Assembly: GCF_964194025.1 (NCBI RefSeq)
Contig: NC_134478.1
Location: forward strand, 29,760,001 to 29,824,000
DNA length: 64,000 bases
DNA from: Convolutriloba macropyga
Taxonomy: Eukaryota
Reading direction: 5' to 3'
In this document: in pieces, positions 40,201-51,403 of the stretch
Layout: each line of letters opens with the position of its first letter
How positions within the stretch are numbered: position 1 is the first letter of the stretch
Notes under the pieces: generated by a model
Database searches by the model: none
Told to the model about the DNA's origin: nothing
Seen by the model: only the letters and a program-made list of their open reading frames with translations
Program-made: the position numbers and the translations under genes

Positions 40201-43200
40201 TGTTTCATTCCTCAAGGGGAATAAAGCATTCGATACCTACGCCCTCATAGATCCCGGTAGCCAATTCAGCTTTGTATTGGACGCCATAGCTGAATTTCTT
40301 GAGCTTCCCCGTGAAACTCAACAGTCAGTACCACTACAATTTCTCAATACAGAGAACAGCATGTCCCTCTCAAAAATTGTTGAGCCAGTCACAATAACTC
40401 CATATAAGTCAAATGAAATATCGTTTGAACTCTCTCGGACGTTCAGCACCCCGTCTCTGAACGTCGCAGCTGCAAAAACTTTTGAACTTAATCAAATTTG
40501 TGATGCCTTCAACAGTTTGCGCCACATACATTTCCCAAATATTGCCGATGGCAAAATCGGCGCCCTCCTCGGTGTTAACGCATTCGCATTCACCTACCCT
40601 ACACATGTTATACCTGGCAATCAAAATCAACCGTTTGGTGTGAAAACTAAACTTGGTTGGACCCTCGCTGGTGAATATGAGAATTGTATCTCAGCCACCA
40701 CTCAACAGCCCCCAAGTCAGCAGAAGAAATTTATTTTCAATGTCTCAAGAAACAGAACAGATGAACCCGGACTTGACGAACTTGTTCAACAGTTCTGGAG
40801 TATTGAAGCAGATGGAATTCAGAAGGACCGTGAACAAGTTTACACAAAGCCAGAAGAACAGTTTCTTGATATTTTGAAGAACTCCATCAATCACAATGGT
40901 GAGAGATATGAAATCAAACTGCCCTGGAAATCAGAAATAAAGTTGGAAAACAACTTCTATTCTGCACTGAACCAAGTCAAAAGCCTCAACACACGCCTTC
41001 AGCGTAAACCTTCGTTGCAAGAAAAATACAATAAGACTCTCTTGACAGACCTCGAGAAAAACTATGTCAAACCGGTGGAAATGCAAGATCCTCAACCAGA
41101 CAGAATTTGGTACCTGCCACACCATCCTGTGGAAAATATCAATAAGCCCGGAAAAGTCCGCCGAGTTGCAAATGCCGCATCAAAATTCCGCGGCCAATCG
41201 CTTAATTCAAACCTTCTTACCGGACCAGATCTCCTTAATAACCTTTTAGGTGTCCTTATGAGATTTCGAGAACATCCCGTGGCGGTCCTTGCGGACATCG
41301 AAGGCATGTTTATGCAAATCGCCATCCATCAGTTTGATCAATCTGCTCTTCGATTTCTCTGGTTAGCAGACAATCAGATACAACAGTACCAATTTACCAG
41401 ACTCATCTTTGGAGCAAATTGCTCGCCTTCGTGCGCAATATACGTTCTTAACCATTGTGTCAAAGAGAAAAGTCAACAGTTCCCAGAAGCCCTCAAAGCT
41501 GTCAGAAAGCACTTTTACATGGATGACTACATCCAATCATATGCAACAGAAAAAGACGCTTGTAATGCAGTTCTTGAAACAAAACATTGTCTAAAAATAG
41601 GTGGGTTTCGACTCACAAAATTTGTTTCAAACAGCTCTATAGTCCTAAACCAAATCCCTCCAGATGACAAAGACAACCAGACAGATATTGTTCGAGTTCT
41701 TGGTGTTAAATGGAATCTTGAGAAAGACTGTTTTCTTATGAAACCTCTCGCTGATTTCCCAAAAGATGCGTTAGCGTACACTCAACGTAAGATCTTTAGT
41801 CTTGTCTCCTCGATCTTCGACCCAATTGGGATAATGTCGCCATCAACGATCCGTTTCAAAATAGTTCTTCAAGAACTGTGGAAACTTGGGAAAAAATGGG
41901 ATGAACAAATTGCCCCTCAAGTAGTTAAACCACTTCAAAAGAGTTTGGACTTTTACTTTTCTTCACCAGAAGTGACATTGAACAGAACTCTCAATAAGAG
42001 TTGCCATTCACCAGAAAGTGAAAATGAAATCCATGTATTTGTCGACGCCTCAGCTGTAGCAGTTGCAGCCGTTGCATACTTGAAAACAGTTCCTAACTTA
42101 GCCACTGATGTTGAAACTTGTTACTTAATAGGCAAATGCAAAGTTGCTCCCATTAAACAAATCAGCATACCCAAATTAGAGTTGGAAGCCGCAGTCATCG
42201 GAGTGCGCATCCTTTCAACCATCATGAAAGAGTCATCATTTCACATTACTCGTTCTACACTCTGGACAGATAGTCAAGTAGTACTTGACTGGTTATCCAC
42301 AACCAAGAAACAACCTGTTTTTGTTGCGAATCGCCTCAAAGAAATCCTTGCATCAACTGATGCTTACCAATGGAAACACGTTACCACCAAAGAAAATCCA
42401 GCTGACCACGGGACCCGTGGTCTCAATCCAGACGAAATACCAGCCAAGTGGCTAACAGCGCCAGCATTTCTTTCCACAAGACGGCTCAGTGCTCCTGAAA
42501 ACTCTCCAAAGCATGTGTTAGCAACGCATGAAATTTCACGCAATTTGTCGGAGCAAATAATCGACCCGACACGATTCTCAACTTGGAACAAGTTGCTCCT
42601 GACATTAGCAACAGTCTTCAATTTGGTCTTTCGGATTAGAAAACAAAGGCCTAAAGATCAGCAGTATATAACAGAAGACGTCATTCTTGCAAGAAATCGG
42701 CTGATCAAAATGTCGCAGCAAAATTTCTTCTTCTCAACAATCCAAGCCCTGAAACGTGGTTCCAGGATAGATTCAAAGAGCAAAATCCGTTCGCTCAACC
42801 CAATGTTGGACAACAATGAAATGCTTCGGTCATGCGGAAGATTGCAATTTGCGCCAGATAACCTCGAAGTCGAGAAATTTCCGATTATACTGCACGCAAA
42901 AGACAAGATAGCGAGACTCTATATAGAGCATGCACACAACATTTGCGTTCACCAAGGAACAGAGCCAGTGAAAGCTTTTGTGCAGCAAAGATACCACATC
43001 ATTGGCCTCAGGAAAACACTTTTGAGTATAAAGTACCGATGTTTTCTCTGCAGACGATTTGCCGCTCAAAACATTCAACCTGTCATGGCTCCCCTTCCTG
43101 CCTGCCGTTTTCCGACAGACTCTACTCAGTATCCTTTCGCGAACAGCGGAGTCGACTTTTTTGGACCCTTTTATTTAGAAGATGCCAAAGGACAGATTGA

Positions 43201-44032
43201 AAAACACTACGGCCTCATCTTCACTTGCCTGGTTACTAGGTGTGTCCATCTAGAAGCTTGTCCCGATCTCAACACTGACACTTTTCTAAACGCTTATCGA
43301 CGTTTTGTAAGCCGCAGATGTCAGCCAACAACAATGCTTAGTGACAATGGCAAGACATTTATTGGTGCATCTGAGGAACTAAAAAGATCTGTGAAACGTC
43401 TCGACAATGACAAAATCTACAAAGCAATGGCAGCAACGAACACAACCTGGAAGTTCAATCCTCCCTATGGACCTCATTTTGGCGGTATTTGGGAGCGCTT
43501 GATCCAGACCGCGAAACGCACTCTTTTGATCATTCTAGGCTCCAGAAGATTGTCGCTTGATGTGTTCAGGACAATTCTGGTCGAGACCGAAGCTATATTG
43601 AACTCCAGACCACTAACGATTGTCGCTGACCTTCCGGAAAATGAAATGCCTCTCACGCCAAACCATTTTCTGATTAACAGACCGTTCAATTCTCTCCCAC
43701 CAGGAAAGTTCGACAGCCAAGAACCCGCCAGTTTCAAGTCTTGGAAGAATGTGCAGCAAATGGTCAACCATTTCTGGAAACGACTCGTCAAGGAGTATCT
43801 TCCGACACTGTTAAAAAGGTCCAAATGGAGCGACAGTGGTCAAACACCACTGAGAGTCAACGACATTGTTTGGATTCTGAAAGATATGACTCCACGTGGA
43901 ATTTGGCCCCTTGGACGTGTTCTCGAAGTCTACCCTGGACGAGATGGACAACACCGTGTGGTGAAGGTGAAAACGGCTTACGGCACGTACGTTCGCCCGG
44001 TCTCCGCGCTCGCACGCGTTTTGGCTGATTAG
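37274..44032 (+). CDS. BEL/Pao gag-pol polyprotein (2252 aa)
   Basis: Gag (LQNFNGDPIHFHEW), Cys/His knuckles, aspartic protease (ALIDPGS), RT (HFYMDD), RNase H (HVFVDAS, PKLELEAA, ENPAD), integrase HHCC plus core (GVDFFGP, SDNGKTF, GGIWERL). Confidence 0.97.
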   Translation: MSKQNSAECQFAINMFKATEMSMKKLLDLLEKTVEQKKSFRSLSLMINKIKGQETELKKLSEEVMRQQPHQSTASSILNRQTALITRLNELELRVDLLDDDGQLSQSSSRIRDDVSMISSRRNLSRQSTPAPSDDKERIQHQRDIEEKQTSSNLFNQPPPIPPRPRQPSIFLQTSNEPGLQIQHVLEAHQRNPKKEVHESLLKSKNNLENQTNAPNPFPCFDKDTSQELTSPTRSGKLEIASNLVNRDVCGIETAQISLSDNFDTSLNLLPPFQNLNLSGKHSLSNPFNLADPTIQLQADGLFAQNSVLEKTFNLNLPNQSNNQDSTANRNSLYHNFPNPQQDFGPSQTQIGTSGYLDSQLLNCDLQKLPCLPTVAIRTSHLPSRTDKIVAENSCLQSNHCINPITGVHSAGFPPITVPLMEQQHQNTVLNPAAPNFLPNQVAPQSNGIAAPVQFPPPVNSQHGIASTFPVKQCVTHSSQLCNNQFIHGSQAPSNFQAPVTSTINAPMCINQPLNPVGQNQLSQPSINQSLLPTVNQHISSVYSNPNVTQEKGNVDFKHSIKLPPLKLQNFNGDPIHFHEWINNFNTMIHNKPSITDTHRITYLQNSVIGKAKDLIHAYSCDPSYYQTALNEIIRHFGDRTIIVNTFINQLENWQMNFQNKQSFIAFSSFLKRLVQAFQYLGFTADLQSTTLIKKAKEKTPHHLVLKWTEHCLTELSSDPTLVDFQQWLELQAQIYDKVSRESNQRTISSQASKFANLNNLQTKPYKSNLPLSVNNASVENSRKHWNFAPQQKQPSTSQNVPNKTFNTKRSCEKCKQEHSIATCSEYQLCSPGDRYNLVSQSNLCTNCLSNKHHKQSCPSQKRCQVCSGFHHTTLHDPAKQIKRHAAAFSTEVVSGSNPTASSSSNDSSQNPNTSSQQKSRTNKAPNSRYGQTFNNQSQQNVQRRNLNGNAINQSFSINQCSETPKNWYEQLQLIPVSFLKGNKAFDTYALIDPGSQFSFVLDAIAEFLELPRETQQSVPLQFLNTENSMSLSKIVEPVTITPYKSNEISFELSRTFSTPSLNVAAAKTFELNQICDAFNSLRHIHFPNIADGKIGALLGVNAFAFTYPTHVIPGNQNQPFGVKTKLGWTLAGEYENCISATTQQPPSQQKKFIFNVSRNRTDEPGLDELVQQFWSIEADGIQKDREQVYTKPEEQFLDILKNSINHNGERYEIKLPWKSEIKLENNFYSALNQVKSLNTRLQRKPSLQEKYNKTLLTDLEKNYVKPVEMQDPQPDRIWYLPHHPVENINKPGKVRRVANAASKFRGQSLNSNLLTGPDLLNNLLGVLMRFREHPVAVLADIEGMFMQIAIHQFDQSALRFLWLADNQIQQYQFTRLIFGANCSPSCAIYVLNHCVKEKSQQFPEALKAVRKHFYMDDYIQSYATEKDACNAVLETKHCLKIGGFRLTKFVSNSSIVLNQIPPDDKDNQTDIVRVLGVKWNLEKDCFLMKPLADFPKDALAYTQRKIFSLVSSIFDPIGIMSPSTIRFKIVLQELWKLGKKWDEQIAPQVVKPLQKSLDFYFSSPEVTLNRTLNKSCHSPESENEIHVFVDASAVAVAAVAYLKTVPNLATDVETCYLIGKCKVAPIKQISIPKLELEAAVIGVRILSTIMKESSFHITRSTLWTDSQVVLDWLSTTKKQPVFVANRLKEILASTDAYQWKHVTTKENPADHGTRGLNPDEIPAKWLTAPAFLSTRRLSAPENSPKHVLATHEISRNLSEQIIDPTRFSTWNKLLLTLATVFNLVFRIRKQRPKDQQYITEDVILARNRLIKMSQQNFFFSTIQALKRGSRIDSKSKIRSLNPMLDNNEMLRSCGRLQFAPDNLEVEKFPIILHAKDKIARLYIEHAHNICVHQGTEPVKAFVQQRYHIIGLRKTLLSIKYRCFLCRRFAAQNIQPVMAPLPACRFPTDSTQYPFANSGVDFFGPFYLEDAKGQIEKHYGLIFTCLVTRCVHLEACPDLNTDTFLNAYRRFVSRRCQPTTMLSDNGKTFIGASEELKRSVKRLDNDKIYKAMAATNTTWKFNPPYGPHFGGIWERLIQTAKRTLLIILGSRRLSLDVFRTILVETEAILNSRPLTIVADLPENEMPLTPNHFLINRPFNSLPPGKFDSQEPASFKSWKNVQQMVNHFWKRLVKEYLPTLLKRSKWSDSGQTPLRVNDIVWILKDMTPRGIWPLGRVLEVYPGRDGQHRVVKVKTAYGTYVRPVSALARVLAD

Positions 44033-44154
44033 CCCAATTTTTTTCTTGATTTTTTTTTCGAAACGGTTTTCTAGGCAACTTGGGTTACACCCTCTTCGAC
44101 GATCTGGTCAAACGTCTGTGATGTTTTTGTTGGTCTCCTCTTTCCCCTGGAGCA

Positions 44155-44319
44155 TGTCGTGCAACAATCAAGTCAGAAGTAAAACTTGAAAAAACATTGA
44201 CTTTTGTCCTTATCGCAACCAAAAACGAGTTGGTTGTTCCCGCAACTTAAAACTGATATAAAAAACTTAACAAACTGTCTAGAACAATGTAATTGAATCC
44301 TTATCTACATTCTCTTACA
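44155..44319 (+). repeat. 3' LTR of BEL/Pao 2
   Basis: Partner of 34439-34603; followed by TSD CTGCC. Confidence 0.97.
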
Positions 44320-44409
44320 CTGCCAGATTGCCAGAAAATTACTCGGCAGCTTTTTGGAAAAGGAAAATGAAAAACGGCCGAAAAATAGAAAATGTACTAG
44401 TTACTGAGA

Positions 44410-45012
44410 TGTTACATTTAGACTAGGATGCATACCTTACTATTAAGCTATATTTTTTATTAGCTGCACTTAAAAACCTTTAACTAGATTGACATAGATT
44501 TTCTCTTGACTTTGTGTAATCCAATTCAAGTAGGCAAGACTCAGTTTGAGAGAGAGGAAAAGTCAATTGAAGAGATAGAGATGTGACACAAACAGGTGTG
44601 ACCAAAATTTAATCGCCCGATTTAACAAAAGGAACTCGCTCCACTAAGAGTGAAAAATGCCTTGTTGCACTGATTTTTGGTCAAAAATTCAAAATAAATC
44701 ACTGAAAGGCAGATTTGAAGTGCACGTGACGTCATATGATTGGGAAAAAACCTTGAAGACGATATAAAGAGCCAAGCGAAGGCCAACAATAGCTGGCTAC
44801 TGCAGCTGTTATTTACTTTCAACAAAACTAGTCTGCACAAAAATTAATTGAATTGACCAGTGGGAACGCCACGAGAGAATACAGCAAAAGACCGTTCGTT
44901 TAAACGTATTAAGTTACCAAGAATGAGATTGACATACACATTTTGCACCCAACTAAAAACAAACTTCTGGGTGATTTACGGTATGAACGCATAATTATTG
45001 CATGCAAATCAG
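44410..45012. other. LTR-like fragment with promoter-type motifs
   Basis: Starts TGTTACATTTAG; contains CACGTGACGTCA, ATTGG and TATAAA at ~44720-44770; abuts the truncated Gypsy 2 LTR. No partner copy seen. Confidence 0.3.
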
Positions 45013-45401
45013 AGAGTTGTAATAGTGCTGCAAATACACCATCTCAAAAGTATATCGGAATCGCGGAGCGAATACGAAGATTAGTGTGCGTTACTAATTT
45101 TACTTATTGGAATTGCGGAGCAAATCCAAGCTAGAATTTGGCTGGCGTAAATTAGAAGCGTTTGCAGAGCAACTTGAATTCAGAAGGCTAAATGAGACTA
45201 TGATTCCTTATAATAAAACATTGTGAACAAACTATGAAATAATTTAGTAGACTAGCGGGAACAAATTTATACGTGAATAATAAAAAGTCATAACCTAAGT
45301 TATGATATATTTATGATATGAATATAAAATAGAGGATAAATTGATAATTAAGTACACATACAGATTTCGATATATATATATAGGTATTTATATGTATCAC
45401 A
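45013..45401 (-). repeat. 3' LTR of Gypsy 2 (lacks the terminal 23 bp)
   Basis: Starts TG at 45401 after the PPT; matches 51426-51862 apart from (TA)n length and about two substitutions. Confidence 0.85.
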
Positions 45402-45951
45402 TTTCCCCCATGACAGAAAATTGAACAAAGAATTAAGAGATTGAAACACAACATAAATTAAACTGAGTAGGCGTCGCAAATGCTAAATTTAAAGGACAAT
45501 AAATGTAAACTTGTGTATATGCAGAGCATATGTAATGAATTATTGTAATGAGGAATTGAAATGACAATTAAAGCACAGTAAATTGGAAAATCCGAAGAAA
45601 GCTGGATCTGCAAAATAGATACATTGTAAAATGAAAATGTGTAAATGAATAAGTTGAGAAGCATAAATTAAATTGCACATACATGTTTGAGTGAATGCGC
45701 GGAGCGAATACATGAACTAAATAGAAATTGGAATGAAACAGCAAATGAAATAAATTAAGTTTGGTATTTGCGTTACAAATTGGAAATGCAGGGCAAATAC
45801 ATAAATAAATAAGGAAATTGTTGTTTATCAGAGTTTGCAATGTTTTAATTTCTCATTATATTTCATTCTCCGCATCCCACACTGACATTTCTCGTTCTTG
45901 TTCATATTCAAAGTATCTAATTCTAGGATCAGATGGTGAAACTTGTCCCAA

Positions 45952-48900
45952 TTACAAATCGGGTCGGGGTGGTGACGGAATTCTTGGCTGTTCAGCATCT
46001 TGAATGAGAGCTACTACCAAATTTTCAGTCGCAGAAGTTTTCTTATGTTTCTTATTTTTTCGTTTCTTTGGTTTCGCTGAGCTTGAAGAGGCCAAGGAAC
46101 TTGTTGGGGATATATCCGCATCGGTAAAACCATAGAATTGAGGTCGTTTATGTTTGCGGCCTTCGGTTTGATCTTCATGTGTAGGGGTTATGAGTGATGT
46201 TTGCGGAGCTTGTGAGGTGGGTGCAGGTGGAGCCGGTACAATGGAAATCACTGGTTGTTCGGGATCTGCCGCCTTCTCGTTACAGTCATCTGGGATGATG
46301 TTACGACGGCGTTTGAGCTGTGGCTTTGTTGGCTTTCGTACTGTCAGTGCACCGAGACATTTGAGTTTACCCATGAAACTACCGAAATAGTGTCACGTTG
46401 ACGGTGCCTGATCTTTGTTTCGCCCCTCTTTTGCTTTTTGAGATCGTTGCTATGTTTTGCATTTTTTAACTCCGTCGTTTTTTCATATGGCGCGGAACGT
46501 CGTTGCGCATTTGCCCACAAATTCGCCGATCTTTCGGCTTTTGTTCCGAATTTGGCCAGATCACTGTCTCGAACTTTTACTGTCGATCGACCGGGCTTTT
46601 TGATGATCGTTTTTGGGGGTGACGACTTCGTCACAAAAGATCCGGGTTTGAGGACTTCATAAAAGCCTGCCAACTGTCTCTTTGCTCTCTTTTTTTTGGG
46701 AGTTTCCGTGCTAACTTTACCTTAAGAGACTGTTCCGTTCGTAGTATGGGGTCCGTGAGTTGCGGGTGTGTTATTAATCGGGATTCGTTGTTGTCCGAGT
46801 CACGGTAGCGCAGACCCGCTTCTAGTGATGCCTTACACATGTTCTTTTCAATATCCGTATCACTTCTGTCGATACTGAGCCACCCAGCTTCATCCAGTAA
46901 GTCTAGAAGTCATCCGCAGAAACTGTTTCAGCATCTAAATAGTGATTAATGATTTTTTCATAAGTTAAATTTAGGCTCGATGGAAGTGTGCTAATATTCC
47001 TTAAGGGAGTATTTGCAGGACGGCCGAAATGAGCTTCAAATGGTGTTATCTTTGTTGTTTTCTGTTAAGTTTGTCGTAAATCAGAAACTATTTGTTTAAT
47101 CGCTTTAGATGTTGAAAACGTATTTTTATTTTCAGATTTCATGCAAGATAAACGTCTTTTTATTGATTGTATCATTCGCTCTACCAATCCAATAGCTCTA
47201 TGATCACCAACCTGAGCGTCGAGAATGTTAATATTGTTTTCATTACAGTAGTTCGTAACTTGTTTACCTAAAAGACAAGTTGCTTTGTCTAAACGTATTG
47301 TTCTCGGGATTCCGTGAGTATATGCGTAATCACGAAGAAGTTTTACTACATTTACCCCATTAGCGTTGTCAAATATTCTACCTGTCGGGTACTTGGAATA
47401 ACGATCATTACATGTTAAAAAGTAAATATCTTTATCTTTATCGTTAGTTATCGGACCCCCAAAATCAATTTGTATTTCTTCTTTAGGTTCTTGACAAGCT
47501 TTGTGTGGATGCCATTTAGACGTTGGTATGATAGGTTTTAAGTTCTTAGCAATATTTGTACATGGGACGCAATCGGAAGTCTTTGCTAAAATTTCCCTAT
47601 GCATGTATGGCCACCATGCGTTTTGAGAGAGGGAGATCATTCCCCAACTACCAGGGTGCGTCATATGAATGGATTCAAGCACCGCCTCCTTGATAGAATT
47701 CGGAATGGCCACACGCTGATCCACACAAAGGCAGCCGGATTTGACATGCAGATCCTTCCAAAAGCAGTGGATATACATGCTATTTTCTTTGCAACGGGCC
47801 TCATCATCCTGGATGACACAGTCTCGAATCTTTTTCAGCACCGCGTCCTTGCTAGTGAGAACTGCCAGAAATGATTTGGTAAATAACTTATTGAGATTAT
47901 TTTCAAAGATCTCCTCCCGGGATAGCTCGATGTCGTATTCTTCAGGTGATGATGAGGCTTGGGTGTTAATGGGCCCGGCTCTTGTAGTTTGTATTGGGGT
48001 AGATTGGGTGCGGAATGTCACTGTTGGGGTTTGTGGCGAAGTGGGTGTATTACTTTGTGATGCCTCAGTGACTGACCTTTTGATGTGGAGTATTTGTTGT
48101 TTTGAATTTGCTACTGAATTACAAGGAGAATTTTGTGACTGGATTCGCGATGCGAGTCAATGGCGTGGCAATTAAAGCGAGAAATGAATTTTCGATTGTA
48201 ATTACTTATTTGTGCTCGAGTAGTGAGTGAAGTATTTGAGGCATTTGAATTATGCGTGCTACTTTTAGCAGGTTTGCAAGAGTGGACGCGCGTCTTGTGT
48301 ACTTGTAATTTGTTTTTAATGTTGGTGTGCTACTTATGGAAAGGAATTTTATTTGAAAGACTAAATAAAAATGTAATTGCGTCGTGAATGCGGGAAATTG
48401 TTGCTACCATAAATTCCTCATCATATTGAGTGATGCTTTTTGCTTTTTGACTTGGTTGGCGCGATATATAATCAACTAAACCCATTCTAGTGCCAAGAAT
48501 ATGCTCTATGTTAAAATCAAAGGGTAACAATCGATCGATCCATCTTGTTAATCTACTATTATAAGATTTATTGGAACGGTGAGATTTTAAGACTGAAAGA
48601 AGTGCTCTATGATCTGTCAAGACAATAAAATTTTTCCCAAAAATATAATATTTAAAATATTCAATAGCCCAAACCACTCCAAGCAATTCCAGTTCATTTA
48701 TACTATGACGTTCTTCATTATTATTAAGAAATCGAGATGCAAAGGCTACCGTTTTCCACCTTTCACAATCTAATTGCTCAAGCGCAGCGCCTAAACCTTG
48801 GCGAGATGCGTCGCATTTGATTCGCGTTTCCAGTGTCGGATTAAAATGAGTATTTTCTGTAGCATTAGCAATGACAGTTTTGATATGCTCAAAATGTGTT

Positions 48901-51403
48901 TGATGATTTTCATTCCAGATAAATTTTTCGCCTTTCTTTAATAACGGCCGAAGAGGGTGGCATATTTTGGCAAGATTAGGAATAAATTTACTTAAATGAT
49001 GGACACTACCTAAGAAGGACCTTAATTGTTTTCAATGTTTTTGGAGCTTTAATTTCCGCAATTGCTGCTGTTTTAGACTCTATAGGTTTAACACCACTTT
49101 GTGAAAATGTGAAACCAAGCCAATTTATCTGATGCTTTGCGAAGTGACATTTGCTTAAGTTATTTCTGAGATTATAGGCTTCGAGTTTTTTCAGACAATT
49201 GTAAACGTGTTTGAGATGCGATTCCTTGTTTCCTTTGCTAACTACAATTATATCGTCAAGAAAACAGTATGTGTTAGACAAACCAACCAATGTATAATCC
49301 ATCGCCTTTTGAAACTCTGCCGGCATATCTGTAAGACCATAAAATCCTGTTTTAAAACGATACGTACCTGTTGCGTCGCCACAAATGATGTTGAAATTAC
49401 AATGACGTGCGGTATCCGGGTGCAAATTTTATTGACTATATGCGTATTTTAAATCAATCGTTGAGAAATAAACGTTTTCGCCCGGATTAGAGTCATTAAT
49501 GTGCTGTGAAATCGAATCGATAAGGCTATCAATATTTGGCATTTGATATTTATTTTTATGTATCGATTTGTTCAAAATTTTCGAATCGAGAGCTAACTTT
49601 ACAGATTTGTCCTTCTTGACAGTAATTACGATAGGGGAAATTTTTATCGGAACATTCCGTAATTTTTCAATATGTCCTTGTTCAGAAAGATTTTTCATTT
49701 CAGCAGACAGTTTTTCCAACAGATTTATAGGGACACTACGACCTTTTTGGTGTAATGGTGTGTAATTTTTATGAAATTTTGAACGAACAATATGTACTTT
49801 GGACTTACCGATTCTGGAGATTAAATCAGGAAAATCAGTTGCAATCTGTTTTTTGATTGGACAGTATTCTTGTTCTACCTGGTTAATTGTCGTTTGATAA
49901 TTTGCCTGTTGAATTGAGAGTCCGAGAGCAGGAAATAAATCTCTACCCAACAGTGGGCGGTGACCATCCGTGACGACTTGAATTTCTATTGGATTCGCGT
50001 ACCAATTGTTGCTTTGAATTGAAGTTTGAAGAATGCCTAGCGTATGAATAGGCTCGTTGGAGAAAGTTTTCAATTGTTTGGGATTCGCCTCGCGTATCCA
50101 CTTGGAATTTGAGTCTTGAGAAACAATTGAAGCTGCCAAAGATTCGTTTACGATTGTGCATACGCTGCCCGAATCCACCAAGACATTCGTTGCTGTATTT
50201 CCGAGCGTTACAGGGAGATTGATTGCTTCCACAGAAGTTGTGAATTCCGTCGAAGATACTGCAGCCACGCAATTATCTTTATCTGATGAATAGTTTGATT
50301 CCAAATCGGGATCAAAATCAACCGAAATTTGATTGACGTCCTCAACTTGGTCATCTTTTTTGACCTTATTAACCCGTGGCCTAGGTTTTGGGTACGAATT
50401 GGGGTCTTTAGGTTTTCGACAGACTTTTGCAAAATGATTTTCAATACCACAATTATTGCATTTCTTTCCCCGAGCAGGACATCTATTGCAATGCTCAGAA
50501 GTCCAGTTCATTCCACAAAAAACGACAAGTTTTGGGCTTCTTCCGTGCCGTAGTGTTCATAGTAGAGAAAGGGGTAGCATTCGCGATGCGCATCCGCTGC
50601 ACTTGATTAACGGTTGAATTGAGCTCAGTTTTGTTTGCATTCATTTTGAGTTGGTTGAGGGTACCCATTTCGATATTGATTGCTATTGCCAATGCTTTGT
50701 CAGGTTCTACCGTTTCTTTTAGAAGTTTTTTTTGGATATCCTCATTCTGCATGTTTGCGATAAAAACGTCTCGGATGATAGTATCCCCTTTTTCTCCTAA
50801 ATCACAATTCTCCGAAAGTTTTTTGAGATGACCATAAAATTTCTCAATTGGTTCTCCCTTTTGTTGTTTCCGTGTAAGGAAGAGATATCGATCAAAAGTG
50901 ATGTTATGAATTCGGGTGAAGGTTGTGTTAAAAACATCCCAAAGATTTCTTGTTGAAATTCCATCCAGGTTATCAGTCGAATTTTTTGAATTGAATACTC
51001 GCCGCCCTTCTGTTCCCAGACTCAAGTACATCAATGACGATGCTTTTCGGTCGCAGAGTTTCCACGGTTTATCTCCGCATAGTATGACTACCGCTACAAT
51101 GCGTTGAAAATTATTCTTCCATGCTGTTTTCGCCTGTTCATTACGAGTGCGTCGGTCTCGCTCCGATTGTGCTGTTGGGTTTTCAACTGCGTCTTCATAA
51201 GCTGGTTCAGGAGGCAGAATAACAGTTTCTGGGGGATCGGCTAATAGTAGCTCCACTTCAAATCATTCGCGAGCAAGAATTGCAAGTTTGAGCTGCGTCC
51301 TCCAATATTCCCATCGAAGTGGGGGCTCAAGGGTTGCCTTTTCCCAAAAGGGTTGAATTCCGAGTGGAGATTTGCCACTGTCCTTTAGTGCTGACTGCGC
51401 CAT
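45952..51403 (-). pseudogene. Disrupted Gypsy gag-pol
   Basis: Gag MAQS... with an in-frame TGA at 51265-51263, knuckle CPARGKKCNNCGIENHFAKVC, protease VLVDSGS, RT YCFLDD, RNase H (CDAS, TDHRAL), integrase (HMTHPG..C..C, QIDFGGP, GLVERM), long C-terminal extension. Several stops and frameshifts. Confidence 0.92.

Larger units (their letters stand above)
34439..44319 (+). mobile_element. BEL/Pao LTR retrotransposon 2, intact and recent
   Basis: 165-bp TG...CA LTRs with one mismatch, perfect TSD CTGCC (34434-34438, 44320-44324), single intact gag-pol ORF. Confidence 0.97.

Noticed and set aside
45952-46840. env-like third ORF in Gypsy 2
   Set aside because: No signal peptide or transmembrane segment; better explained as a frameshifted integrase extension.
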